NCBI GenBank assembly: GCA_964247055.1
Contig: OZ176055.1
Coordinates: 3,658,001-3,722,000 of the forward strand
Direction of reading: 5' to 3'
DNA from: Paragordius varius
Lineage: Eukaryota > Animalia > Nematomorpha
DNA: 64,000 nucleotides
Position numbers and translations under genes: made by a program. This document shows positions 26,955 through 39,924 of this stretch, piece after piece (within the stretch, counting starts at the first letter, position 1; each line of letters opens with the position of its first letter). The notes under the pieces were generated by a model, which worked only from the letters and a program-made list of their open reading frames with translations, was not told the DNA's origin and did no database searches.

Positions 26955-27863
26955 CACTTGGATACAACACACTCATTTTAGTCCTTCGATTCAAATTGGG
27001 GTAGTTGGATACCCCAGGCCTGTTTAAAATCAAATTCTTTAAAAAGTATGGAAGCAATCAAAACCTTGGCAAAATTATGCACTTATATAACATTAATAAA
27101 CCGAAATATATAAAAAATTTTATTCAAAAATACTTGATATTATTTATTTTGAGCTAAAACTGAAAGGTAAAAATTTAGTCAACGTGACATGTGTCAAATT
27201 GTAAAATTAAAAAATAATACAAAATAAACCACTTTTTCTATTTCTATCTATGTTAATGTAATTTATATAAAAAATAAGCTTTAGTTTTACCCTTAAAATT
27301 AAATGAAGACGATATTTTGCAAAATTTTTGTAAAATAAAAATGGCGTCGAAGTAGTTTGAGATGGAACTTTTTTTTCAAAACAAAATTTTATTAAGATAT
27401 TTTGGCATATTTATATAATATTTATCAGGATAGAAGCATAAATTTAAATTGGGACCGTTTCCTTCAGTAGTTTTTTAAAAATTTTAATTTTCATTTAGTC
27501 TGGGGTATTTAGATACCCCAATTTGAATCGAAGTGTTAAAATCAAATATTTTCTAAAAATATGGAAAAAATTCTAGTCATGGTAAAAGTTTTCACTTACA
27601 TCAAATAACCTTAGCTATTCAAGCTTCAAAATTAAATAAACACGATATTTCGCAAAAATATTGTATACTAAAAATGGCGTCACAGTAGTTAGATATGGAG
27701 CATTTTTCAAAACTAAATTTTATCTAAATATTTTAGCTTATTTCTATAATATTTATTAGAATAGAAGCATAAATTTAAATGAAACCGTTTCTTTCAGTAG
27801 TTTTTAAAATATTAACTTAAATATTGTTTGGGGTATTTAGATACCATAATTTGAATCTAAGTG
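26955..27863. mobile_element. MITE family B (piggyBac-like, TTAA-flanked) with duplicated right half
   Basis: TTAA at 26951-26954 then cacttggatacaa. First right end gaatcgaagtg|TTAA (27536-27539). Second right end gaatctaagtg|TTAA (27864-27867), after a repeat of the internal aaaatggcgtc...gtagtt...gatagaagcataaatttaaatt block. Confidence 0.7.
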
Positions 27864-29564
27864 TTAAGAAAATTTGCCCATATTAGACATGTCCGAAAAG
27901 ACATTAGAGGCCAAGTCTAAATTTTAAAATATTTTAAAAAATTGTTTTAATTTTAATATATAATTGATAAAATACTTAAGTCACCTTTTTTGGAATAATC
28001 CCTTTGGATTTACCAAAAAACATTTATTTAGTAAGGGGTGGGGGAATCTAATATGGAGCAGTTACCATAAAATGGTAATAACTTTCTTATATCATTCGTA
28101 TGACCCTAAACAAAATAGAGACAATTTAATAGAGACAGGATGTAAAACGATGCGATAACACCCACACCCAAAAGAAGGATACAAATTTTTAGAAAAAGAT
28201 CATCATTAAAATTTACTATATTTAAATGAACTAAAATGATAACAATGTATTTTATTGGACGACTTAATTCTGGCGTTGGTGATGTTGATAACATTGGATC
28301 AAGGAGAGTCAAGACATATTTATTAGAAAGGTTGTGTGCGATATTAGTATAATTAACTAGAGATCGGCATGGCATATGCTGGGCAAGGGTTGCCCAATTC
28401 ATTAAGTTGTACATCTGAAATGTTTTCATTGAAGAGATTTAATCACCAATGCAAATATTGGGTCAAAATAAGACACATTATTAAAAGAAGGCGTTGGTAA
28501 TGTTGTTAATAAACTGTTAATAAGGGATGTTTTACAAAGGAAACGTTGATGAAAGACACGAAACGTATTTTAAGGTGAGAATGAACTATCTGTTTTTGTA
28601 AAATAATACCTTATTAATGAATCAGTAATTGCAGAAAATTTCGAAGAATGGATTAATTGGAACATGGTAACAAATATGGGGCAGGCATATTATCTTCAGT
28701 TAGCAGGCGATTCGAGGAACCATTAGCATAACTTTACATTGGATGCATAGCGAGGCAATATCAAATGGAAAGTCGTCAGAATGTAGAAACAATTGGTAGT
28801 AACTAGGGCTATGGAATGGATGGCGTAGGTGTTGCAAAATAAAACTTGGCACACAATAAGAATTCTAATGAGATATTGATTAGCCGTTTAAGGCTAGTTC
28901 AATTAAGTCTTACCGTAAATCAGAAAAGCTGTTTTCACGTTTATAATAATTTTGGAACGAAAGCGTCATTTGCAGTGCTTTGTTTATCATACTGATTCTA
29001 TAAGCTCATTGTTTTAAATTAATCCATAACTCTTAAAGTATTTTAAATAAATTCTATAAAAATTCAGACTTAGATCCTTGATAGGCAATTCATTTTTTGT
29101 CTTTAAAAATTTGTTATAGGCTCTGCTTATTTCAAAGCCATTCAAAAGAGTTCTTATGTGTAAATTATTATAGATGCCATAAAACGCTAAAACTCCTTTA
29201 TCATTCTTTTTGTTCAATCAAATATTATTGCTTTTTTAAAATATGAATGTACAAAATACATATAATTTTTTCATGGTTCACAGCGTTTTCTATTAATATA
29301 TTTTTGATTAAATTTTACCAAATACTCAGTACATTTATCAATTTGACTTGCAGTCAAATCATTATTAATGATTTGTGAATAAAATTGTAATTATGTTTAA
29401 TCCTCCACGTTTACTCACATGATATGGAGATACATATAATTACCTATTTATGATTTTGGATAAAACCATTCATTGTAATAATATTTTATTTACTATATTT
29501 TGTGTATGTCAAAAAGGTATATATTTGGTGAAAAGCTTTTTAACCATTTATATGCCAAACATTA

Positions 29565-31622
29565 ATCTATATATTTGTAAAAATGGAAAGTGGTGGCTTT
29601 GTGATCTGTTTCCAAAAAACTGGGAGACCCATTCAAATCCAAATGTCCAAAAAATATATTCATTAATAAATCCGACAATAGCTTCGCCTTTTTTTGAATT
29701 AGGCCCCCAGTTCGGGCCCACCCCGTGTAAAAAACGGGTTTTTTGAAAACTCAAGTCCACAAAAATCGTGTCTGTGAGACAACTTTCCGGAGAACGTGTT
29801 GGACCATTCAATTTCAAACATGATCTTATTTACTTATTTTGATTGCACCGAACATAGTCAGCTCGCCTTTTTAATTTAGGCCCTCTTTTACCCGCTCTCC
29901 CCGTAAAATGCCATTTTATCAAAAAAAAATTTTGAATCTATTTTTGGCCCAGGGTTGTGAGATAGTAAAAATTCAAGGATTCCATGTTTTCCCTGTTAAA
30001 AGGCAAACATTTTAGTAGTGAGTTTTTTTATTTGGCTGCTGGGTAAGGAATTACCCGCTAAAAACTGCCCCGTCATATCGAAATAGCGTGTCTTTGGGGC
30101 TAAATTTTAGAAAGCTTATCAGGCCATATGAGTTCAATAGGTGCATAAATTATTACCCGTAACAGGACAAAAATTTAGGTCGTATGGTTTTTTAAAATTA
30201 GCCGTTAATTAGGCCCTTCACGCCCTGAAAAATGAGCCAGAATGATTTTTTAGTTTTGAGACAATTTTTCCAACAACTAATGAGAGCATATGGAATCAAT
30301 CATGATTCCAGGTATTCTCCGTAAAAAGGCAAAAATTTTAATCAAGCGCTTTTGTATCAGCCTCTGGGCAGGGAAATACCCGCCTAAAACTGCGCCACCA
30401 TATCACAATTGCGAGGAGTTAATTTTTAGAAAACTTATCAGGCCACATAAGTTTAATAAGGGCCTGAAATTTTACCTGTAAAAAACAAAAATTTAATTAG
30501 AGCGGTTTTACTAAATTACCCCTTAATTAGGCCCTTGCCCTGAAAAATGCGCACCCATAGAATGACTTTTTGGTTTTAAAGTAATTTTTAGAAAATCCCA
30601 CGAGAGCATATGGAATCAATATATGGCAAAAAATTCGCGCGTTTTTTTGTTTCGCCTTTGGTTAGGGGGCTACCCGCGTAAAACTGCGTAACCATATTGA
30701 TACAACATGCCTTTGGAGCCATTTTTCAGAAAACCTAAGAGACTAAGAGGAACATATGGAATCCATGATAAGATATTCCCTATATAAAGGCAATCCCAAC
30801 ACTTTTTTTTATACCTGCCCCTGGGTAGGGAGCTACCCGCCAAAAACTGCGGCACTATATAGAAATTGCATTGTTTTGGAGATAATTTACAGAAAAATTA
30901 TGAAGTCATATGAGCTCATTAAAAGCTGGAAATATTACCCGTAACTAGATAAAAATTAAGGTCGGGCTATTTTTAATTAGCCGTTAATTTGGGGCCTTTC
31001 CCTAAAAATATGCCATCATATAATGATTATTTAGTGTTGAGGTATTTTTTAAATAGCCCATGAAACGATGGTATCAAAAATGATTCCAAATATTTGCCCT
31101 ATAAAGACAAAGAATTTAACTCAGCGCTTTTTCCATGTAGGTCTATGGATAGGGGTCTACCGGTTTAAAACTGAGACGTCAAACACAAATGGCGTGGTTT
31201 TGGAGCTAATTTTCAAAAAACTTAAGAAACCATGAGTTCAGTTAAACACATTTCTTGGGAATTTGAATGATATCATTCTTATAAGAAGGGATCACAAATG
31301 ATTTACTTTTTATGTCCCTTTATCCCAGCTGTGTGAACCTAATTTCAAAATAAAACTTTTAACCATGATTTCTTAAAACGAAAATCTTAAAATAAATCCA
31401 ATGATAGTTATTGAATATTAACTTTAATAATAGACAGTGTAAATATGGTCAATTTCGAGTAAACAATATTCGAGCCTAGGCAAACACCCGTAAAAGAATG
31501 AATAATGACATTCTTTTTAATAAATATGTTTTTTATTATTTTTTTATCTTTCCTGTATTGCAAATTATTAAGAATAATTATCGGTAAGACTACGTCACAG
31601 TGAAGCGTGACAGGGCTAGCTA
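29565..31622 (-). mobile_element. Non-autonomous Helitron-like repeat (family C) with diverged internal tandem subrepeats
   Basis: 29565-29960 is the reverse complement of 35670-36082. About five subrepeats carry ctacccgc.aaaactgc (near 30050, 30375, 30670, 30832, 31155). The minus-strand 5' end GCTAGCCCTGTCACGCTTCACTGTGAC forms a hairpin; the 3' end is AAATATATAGAT. The repeat itself is certain; the Helitron class is inferred. Confidence 0.6.
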
Positions 31623-34600
31623 CTATTTTTATATAAAGTTATCAATTGTTTCCGAATCCTGCTTGTATTAAGGAATAGTGGAAAATGGTTTACAGATATA
31701 TTGTCTATTAGGCGTTTTTTTTCATTTTGTACAGCGATGGGTTAATACCTTATCACGCTATTTTAGGCTTATTTTGAAAGCGATAGGGGCTTCTCGAAAC
31801 ATAAAACCCATTATAAGGTAGCTGAAAATGTTAAAAATTTATCGTTTTTGCTTCAACTTTTACAGAAAAAATTAAGCCAAAAACCTTTCATCATGTAATT
31901 GTAAAAATGAGAAATCATTGAAAAGGAAAATTAAAAAAAATATTATGGCGGCTTTGACCCAGAAGTTTTCCAGGAATGAAAATGTTAATCATTTTGTATT
32001 CTTTTATATACAAAATCAAACCCAAAACGCACAAAAATAGGTGATTAAAAAAATTAGAGGTAGGTCAGTGTGATAATTTCAATGAAACAATAAGTAACCT
32101 TTTTATTATTAATGGTAAAACCATATTGCAGGCATGCATATGCAATAAAAAAGATATGATCAAAATTAACCTTGCATTTACATGCGCATGAAAATCGATG
32201 ATTTTATAAAATAATATTATATACATCGAAAAAAATTTTAATATAATACTCTAAAAATTAAATCATATTGTTTGTTTTATAACTAAAGAAATAATTATTA
32301 TTGGCAATTTTATTATATGTTTATGTTAAACGAGAAAAAAGGAATAGATCGAATCGGTGTTATCGAAGTCAAAAACTGGATTATCCGAACAATCTACAAC
32401 TTTTTCCTGCTTCCGTCGAAAGTTTTGAATTGAAAAAAAAATCATCAATTAATTTTGCATTTTTTAGATATACCTTACATATAAATCATTAAGGCATCGA
32501 TTATTATAATTTTATTCCAAACCTATAACTTAACTCATCTTTTTTTTCCATTTTATACATACTAAAAGAATAGCAGAGAATTTAATTGTAGTGAATTTCT
32601 ATTTATTATTATTATAAATAGTTATATATGTGTATATTAGAAAAAGTCTGAACATCTGCTATAACCTACGATCTCCCGGAATTAAAAAAAACATAGAAAT
32701 TTATCTAGCTGATACTAAAAAAATAATTATATATGAAAAAGATTTTTGAAAAAATAAAAATATTATGCTGTAAACAACATTTTCACTTTCTGAGAAAAAA
32801 AGCTAAAACTTCGCGGTTTTATTTATCCTGTGTAAATTTTATAAAAATTATGTAATCGTAAAATCTAAAAATAGAATAAATAGAATGGAATGGGGAAAGA
32901 TGTTGGAAAAAAACATATGTTTTAACTGAAAGTTAACTAGATAGTTTTTTTTTCTGATTATTTACTAACATAAAATTTTTACAAATATTATCATTTTTGT
33001 GGGTTTTAAATTTTTTTCCAAACCTAATATTGGATATTAATAATCCAAACAGTATTTTTTCATCACGCATTTTTTTTCCATATATAACCCACAAAATTTA
33101 TGAATTTAGAGTAAATTTATTCGTCCATTCCTTTGTAATTTAGGTATGTAGTATAAATTTTAATGTATATATAAGTCAATACTTGATCGTGCCATTGACA
33201 AGTTATTATGCATTTTAGGCGAAATATTAAATACATGTGGGTTTCCCAGAATTTTACAAAATAATATATAAGTCATATAACATTCATATTTTCTCTAATT
33301 AAATTTAACATAAAAGGTTTTGTTTGAAGCGTTATTTTTTTGTATATGCCTTGTATTGAAAGTTTCGAAAATTCACTTGTATAAAAAGTTCATTATTTTT
33401 CACCCCTATGATTTTCTAACTTCCCAGAATTAACCGAAGTAAAAAGTATAAAGGGTGCTAGTATATTGCAAATTACTCCAAATAATTCATAAATAGCTTG
33501 TTATCAAATTTTGTTCAAAATATTTAAATTTCCAGATTCTTTAATTTTTAATGATAAATGGCCAATTTAATACTTGAAAAAATTTCAATATTATTTGACA
33601 TTTTTTAATATAAATAATTTTTAGGAATATAACGCTTGACAATATATCTATAAATTATTAAGTTTTTATCATGGTCAATTAAGGTAAGATTTTTAAAACA
33701 AATTAAATAAAAAGTTAAGATTTTCATATTTGGTGGTTTTTAGTGGGCTAGTTATATAATATTATAATATTTATTATAAACAGATGAGAATTATATTATT
33801 GAGGAATTTGACCAAGCTTAAATTCCTTTACATTTGCATTCTTTTCTTCATCCTAGCCACACATACTCTCGCAAAGGTATAAATTACATATAATCTTATT
33901 ATTTATTGATTTATATTTAAAAATGGGTAATTATCTTTATAATTATTAAGTAACAGGGCTTGAAACCGGAAAAAGAGTAGAACCAGAACTGGGGTGGTTC
34001 TTGGACTGTTAAAACCCAAAACAATCTGGCCTTTGTTATTATTTAAAAATGGAACTGGGGTGATTCCTAAAATTTTGAAACCGCAATCGGGTTGGTTCTT
34101 GAGGAAGTAGGAACCGGGTTCGTTCCAACCAAACCGGTTTCTGCTAAAATCTAAGGAACTGGGTTTGTTTTTCATGTGGTTCCAGTTCAACCCCTTCTAA
34201 CAGAACTCATTACAGGGTTGTCGAAACCCCTGGCGAATTCCTTTGGCCTTCTAAAATAAACATAAATAATTTATGATACATATTAAATAAGTATTTTGTA
34301 AAATATTTATTGGACATTTATTTACATTTAAAAGTAGTCAATCCTTTTTTTTGTGAGTTGGCCCTATTTAACTCTTTTTGTCCGAAAAGAAGCATGTGGT
34401 TTTTTGTGCATTTGTTTATAATGAAAAATGATTTTTAAATATTTTTTCGTTTTATAGGATTTTTCATGATCCCTCAAAAAATATTGATATTCATAATTTC
34501 GAAAGAAAACTCGATTTTTAGAGTCAAAATAGACGTTGTAATTGATTTTTCATATAGCACAATTTATAAAAATATTATATTCCTTTATTACCACACCCAT

Positions 34601-34993
34601 TCATAAGGTGACCAGACGTCCCGCTTTTGGCGGGACAGTCCCGCTTTTTCACACTTTGTCCCGCGTCCCGCTGCGTTTTTGAAATGTCCCGCTTTTTCAA
34701 GATTATATAAAAAAGGATTTTTTTAAATACATTTAAGTTTTTTATAAAAAATTTTTTTTATCCGTTTAAATTTTTTATCATTAGTTATCTTTAAAATCTG
34801 TATCAATTTTAAATTAAAGTTTTTTATTATTAAATTAAAAATATTTATTTTTTTCAAATTTATATCATATGATTATACAATTTGCTTCCTAATCCTACTG
34901 CCAACATTATCAAAAAGACAAATTTATATCACAAATCGGTAGCTTATACGTTTACTCCAAAAAATTAAGGTAATATAATATTTTTTATATTAA

Positions 34994-36082
34994 TACTAGC
35001 GTAATCTCGTGCTGCTACGCAGCCAGAGGAAGTCCTTCGGACTTCTGGGAGGGAGGGCTATTTGAAATAAGGGACAATAAAATGATCCACATATGTGGAT
35101 TATTTCGAAACATTATTTAATAGATATGATTTTATAGGAATTTTAAAACGGAGCATTCATACTAATTAATATATTGTTTAATAGGGCGAAAAATAGATTT
35201 AAAAAATTATTTTTGTGGACTTTGTTTTTTGAAAAAAATGGCATTTTACGAAGGGAGCGGGTAAAAAGAGGGATTAAATCAAAAGCGAGACGACTATGTT
35301 CGGCGCAATCGAAAATAAGTAAATTGAATGATACTTTCTCCAGAAAATTGTCTCAAAGACACGATTTTTGTGGATTTCTGTTTTCAAAAAAACCGTTTTT
35401 CAGACGGGGTGGGCCCGAACTGGGGGCCTATTTCAAAAAAAGGGGCGAAGCTATTGTGGGACATTTATTAATGATCATATTTTTTCGATATTTGGATTTG
35501 ATTGGGTTCACCGGTTTTCCGGAAACAGATCACAAAGTTGCATGAGGAATCAGTTTTTAGCGGGTAGCTCCCTACCCAGCAGCTACCATCAAACAAACGC
35601 TTGACTAAAATTTTTGCCTTTTAACAGAGAATACGTGGTATCCATTTTGAATTTTTACGGTCTCATACCTAGGGCGAAAAATAGATTTAAAAAATTATTT
35701 TTGTGAACTTTGTTTTGTGAAAAAAATGGCATTTTACGGGGGTAGCGGGAAAAAAGAGGGCCTTAATCAAAAAAGCGAGACGACTATGTTCGGCGCAATC
35801 GAATATAAGTATACAAAAATCATATTTGAAATTGAATGATCCAACACGTTCTCCAGAAAATTGTCTCAAAGACACGATTTTGTAGTTTGTTTTGAAAAAA
35901 AACCCGTTTTTCACACGAGGTGGGCCCGAACTGGGAGCCTATTTCAAAAAAAGGGCGAAGCTATTGTTGGGGCATTCAGTAATGATTATATTTTTTTGAA
36001 CTTTGGATTTGAATGGGTTTATACCGGTTTTCCGGTACCAGATCACAAAGCCAGCATTTTCCATTTTTATAAATATATAGAT
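34994..36082 (+). mobile_element. Family C Helitron-like element nested in the hAT, containing a ~489-bp tandem duplication
   Basis: 5' TACTAGCGTAATCTCGTGCTGCTACGCAGC (GCTGC/GCAGC hairpin). Units begin tagggcgaaaaatagattt at 35181 and 35670. 3' end ataaatatatagat. Confidence 0.6.
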
Positions 36083-36241
36083 TAGTTTAAAATATGAGTA
36101 CAAAAAGAGGTTGTAAATTTAACGATGATTTAATGAAAGAATTTCCTTTTATCAAAAAAACGAAGAATGACTCATTTGTTAAATGCTTTATGTTAGGGGT
36201 TCACCCTACCACATGGCGGTAAGCATAATATTACAAAGCAT

Positions 36242-38290
36242 ATGGAAACACAGAAACATAAAAAATGTTTAGATATGGTGGCATCATCTTACAAAATGAG
36301 GGATTTTTATCGTAAAACCGCTTTTGGAGAGGAAGAAAAGAATTTGGCACTAGCCCAAGGCGTTTTATCTTTTCACACGTTAATCTCAATCGTTCCTTTA
36401 GATCTATGGATTGTACCTCACATGTTATTCGCGCCCGTACAAAGGCTGAAGGCATTGTATGCATGTCCTTTCGCCACATGCATTTTCTGAATACAAAAAG
36501 ATTTCCTGAAAATTAATTTCATATCGCCATACTCTGATGTATCAAATCAGGAAACAAAAATATTTCCCACGTTAATAAAGTATTTTGTCCAGAAACCGGA
36601 GTAAAATTAAAATTTTAAATTTATTTCTCTACCCGGTGCGAATTCCGACATAATTTTACTTCAATAATGAATATTCTAGGAAAAAAAAATTTAAAAGACA
36701 AAATCATCGCATATTGCGGTGACAACACCAATACAAACTTCGGTGGAAAAGCAAGGAGGGGAACAAAAAATAATTTGCAGTAATTAGCAGATAATCTTAA
36801 TCAGTGGCGTACCGAGCATTTGCGGCGCCCGGGGCACAAAACTTTTATGGCGCCCCCCCTCCCCCCTATTTTTAAAAGCCAATAAAACAATTTAGTAAAA
36901 AAATACAAACGTTGTAACCTAAACACCATAGATAAGACAGCACAGTCATATATATTTTAAATCTATTAAATATATATATTTATATGATACTAAATTTATT
37001 CAATGGTACTAATTAGGTGAATAATAGAGTATATATTATAGGGATTATTACATAAATTGCTGAAAAATCTCATTTGAAAGTTTTTATTATTTTTGAATAA
37101 TTACAATTTAATTTTAAAAAATCATTTAGGCGCCCCTAAATAACGGCGCCCGGGGCATGATGCACCCCCTTGCCCCCCCCATCGGTACGCCCCTGATCTT
37201 AATCCATTATTGACGTTGGGTGTGTAGCGCATATAACACACAACGCTATTCAAACAGCTGCTGATTTGTTACCCCTAGATGTGGAAAATGTAGTTGTTAA
37301 GGTATATTCCTATTTTTATATACACGGTACGCGTTGAAACGCTTAAGAAATTCTGTGCAACAGAAGTACAATATTAAAAAATGCTTGGATATTGTAAAAC
37401 TCGTTGGTTTGCACTTCTGCCAGCTATCGAAGGAATTTTAAAAAATGATCCTTTAAAATCCTATTTTTTTATCACAGGACAAATGTCCTAACACTTTGGA
37501 AAAGTTTTTTGAAAGTGATTCTTCAATATGGTTAGAGTTTTTACATAATCAAGCTTCTCTCTTTCAAAATGTTATTAAATTGATAGAAAGTGACAAAACT
37601 TCGGCAATCGAAGTAGCCAATGAGTAACCTAAAATTCCAATGTAGAAAGGTTATAAAATAATTTTATACCAGTAACCATCCGCAGTATTATAAATAATTT
37701 AGAAAAACAAGGCTTAATAAATCGCCAAGATGTCTTGTACCTTTAAAAATGTTTTATACAAACTGTAAAGATTATTGGAAGACTGGACGGTGCAATTTAA
37801 TGAAATTGATCATTTTCATTGGATAACATTAAAACCAGAATTTAATTGGTGCGATGTTCAAAAATCCTTTCTGCATCTCCCAAAAATTCCCAAAATAACA
37901 TTACAGAAAATATCTTTTTCTAAAATATCATTAGTTATAAAATATATTAATAATGAAAAACTTAAATTATGGACAACAGAAAAAAATACAGTCGAAAAGA
38001 TATGTTAGAAATATTTCATCATTTTAAAACAAACTATGTTCCATACAATATGTTAAAAATTGTAGTTGCATTATCTTTACGTGGAACCAACGCTGCTACT
38101 GAGCGCGTTTTTTCCACAGTAAATCAGATGTGGACATCGGAAAAATCAAGTTTTAATGTTAAGACTTTAAAGGCCGTGTTATCTGTCAAATATAATTTGA
38201 CAAATTCTTGTGAAGACTTCTACAATATTTTATAAAATGATGATAATCTGCTAAAACGCATTCACTCAAATAAAAAATATACCAAGGATT
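36242..38290 (+). pseudogene. Disrupted hAT transposase
   Basis: Frameshifted fragments in order: METQKHKKCL..., DNTNTNFGG, DVGCVAHITHNAIQTAADLLPLDVENVVVK (CxxH motif), YCKTRWFALLPAIE (RW motif), LEFLHNQASLF, and LRGTNAATERVFSTVNQMWTSEKSSFNVKTLKAVLSVKYN (hAT dimerisation domain). Confidence 0.85.
36802..37195. mobile_element. 394-bp hAT MITE (CAGTGGCGTACC-type TIR) inserted into the transposase
   Basis: TIR CAGTGGCGTACCGA / TCGGTACGCCCCTG. Perfect 8-bp TSD ATCTTAAT at 36794-36801 and 37196-37203. Subterminal GGCGCCCGGGGCA motifs at both ends. Confidence 0.9.
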
Positions 38291-38863
38291 TAAATATTAT
38301 TTTATATATATAATGTATTTGTGTTAAAAATAAATAAATACTACAATAAATTTTTTGTATAAAAATTTTTGTTGTACACCCCACCTCATAACCCCCCCCC
38401 CCCCCCATTTCTCAGATTTGTCCCGCTTTTTCCTTCAAAAAATTTGGTCACCTTAAGAATATTACAATCACTTCACCCTTTGTTCGTAAGGTACAATTTT
38501 TTTATATTTATAATGTATTTGTGTTAAAAATAAATAAATATTCCAATAAATTTTTTGTATAAAATTTTTTGGTTGTAGCCCCCAATGACCCTCCCCTTCT
38601 CAGATTTGTCCCGCTTTTTCTCTCAAAAAATCTGGTCACCTTACCCATTCATCCCTAATTTTTATTTTAAAAGAGTCAACACTTATAATACTCTTCTTTT
38701 AAATTAATTTAATAAATTAAATCCAAATTAACAGTTTTTAAGCGGACTCTATAGATATACGTTAGACATTGGATTAAATAAACCTGCTTAAAAAATAAAT
38801 ATATATTATCAAAATTGTGGCTATTTAAAATTTACTGTATCCTCTTGTTTAAAATATTCATTG

Positions 38864-38899
<36 letters not shown>

Positions 38900-39924
38900 G
38901 TTAATTTTCAATGTTTTTCTCTTTATAAAACATTAAAAATTAACGGTCTTTAGATACCTTAATGTTTACTTCTAGTATATGGTTTAAAAATGTAACAAAT
39001 TTAGGTAATCAGTTAAAATTGTGAAAAAAACGAAAAAAAAACTAATTAAGTCTATCTGTCTTCTTTGGGTTATCAACCAGTTATTTAGAAAAACGGTTTT
39101 AAAACAACCCCCGTTCTGAAATGATTTTCAAAATTATATTTTGGTTTCGGTTTTATTATTTTTCAGTGAAATGGTTTCAATTACGGCTTGACTTTATTTA
39201 ATTTGGGAAAGCCCTTATCTTTGTCACAATGTGGATGAAATGTGACAAACATCAAGCATATGAATAATAATAATAATAGGTTTTGTGTTCCTTTTTAATC
39301 ATGAATCTGAAGAAGATGATATAAATTATACTAAAAAACATGACATCTCAAAATTTCAAAAAAATGTAAATTTGGAAAAATAATTTTTTGGACGTTTAAA
39401 ACAACGATTCTTTTTCATAAATCCGAAAATTTTGGCTCACAACGGCTCCAATCTCCTGAAAATTTATAGGCTCATACAAATAGATTATTAAATACATAAT
39501 AATATCATTAAAATTAAATGATTTTTTGGCGCGCCATTATATTTTGGCTTTTCCCTTCTTTTTAATTTTACTTTTAACCCGTTTGTTAAAATGGCATTTC
39601 TTATAAAAATTTCTGCTGTTATTTTATCCTATTATTATTATATGTCATGGACTTTTAAATATTTTCAACTCGATGAACCATCCTTAATTAATTTATAAAT
39701 TCCATAAGTATTTTATGGTTTTAAAATTTGTTTTTACAGTTTGAATATATGAAAAACACCACAAATAAAACTATTTTGTATCCGTATGACGGATTTTGTT
39801 AATATCATAAATATTGTCAATCGGATTTGAATAATAAATTAAAAGGTTAGAAAGAAGGTTTATGTTTATTGGTTTACAAAGATGGCAGTTAAAATATATA
39901 TATATATATATATATGCATGTTAG

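Larger units (their letters stand above)
34604..38643 (+). mobile_element. hAT (Blackjack-like) DNA transposon with decayed transposase and nested insertions
   Basis: 13-bp TIR TAAGGTGACCAGA (34604) / TCTGGTCACCTTA (ending 38643). Perfect 8-bp TSD CCCATTCA at 34596-34603 and 38644-38651. Subterminal GTCCCGC repeats at both ends. Confidence 0.9.

Noticed and set aside
33955-39215. Possible larger element (AGGGCTT...AAGCCCT ends) enclosing the hAT
   Set aside because: Only a 7-bp inverted match and no TSD; insufficient support.
39591-39900. Candidate collagen signal-peptide exons (ATG at 39591 and at 39749)
   Set aside because: Neither gives a hydrophobic leader with a donor in the right phase; the start is left unresolved.
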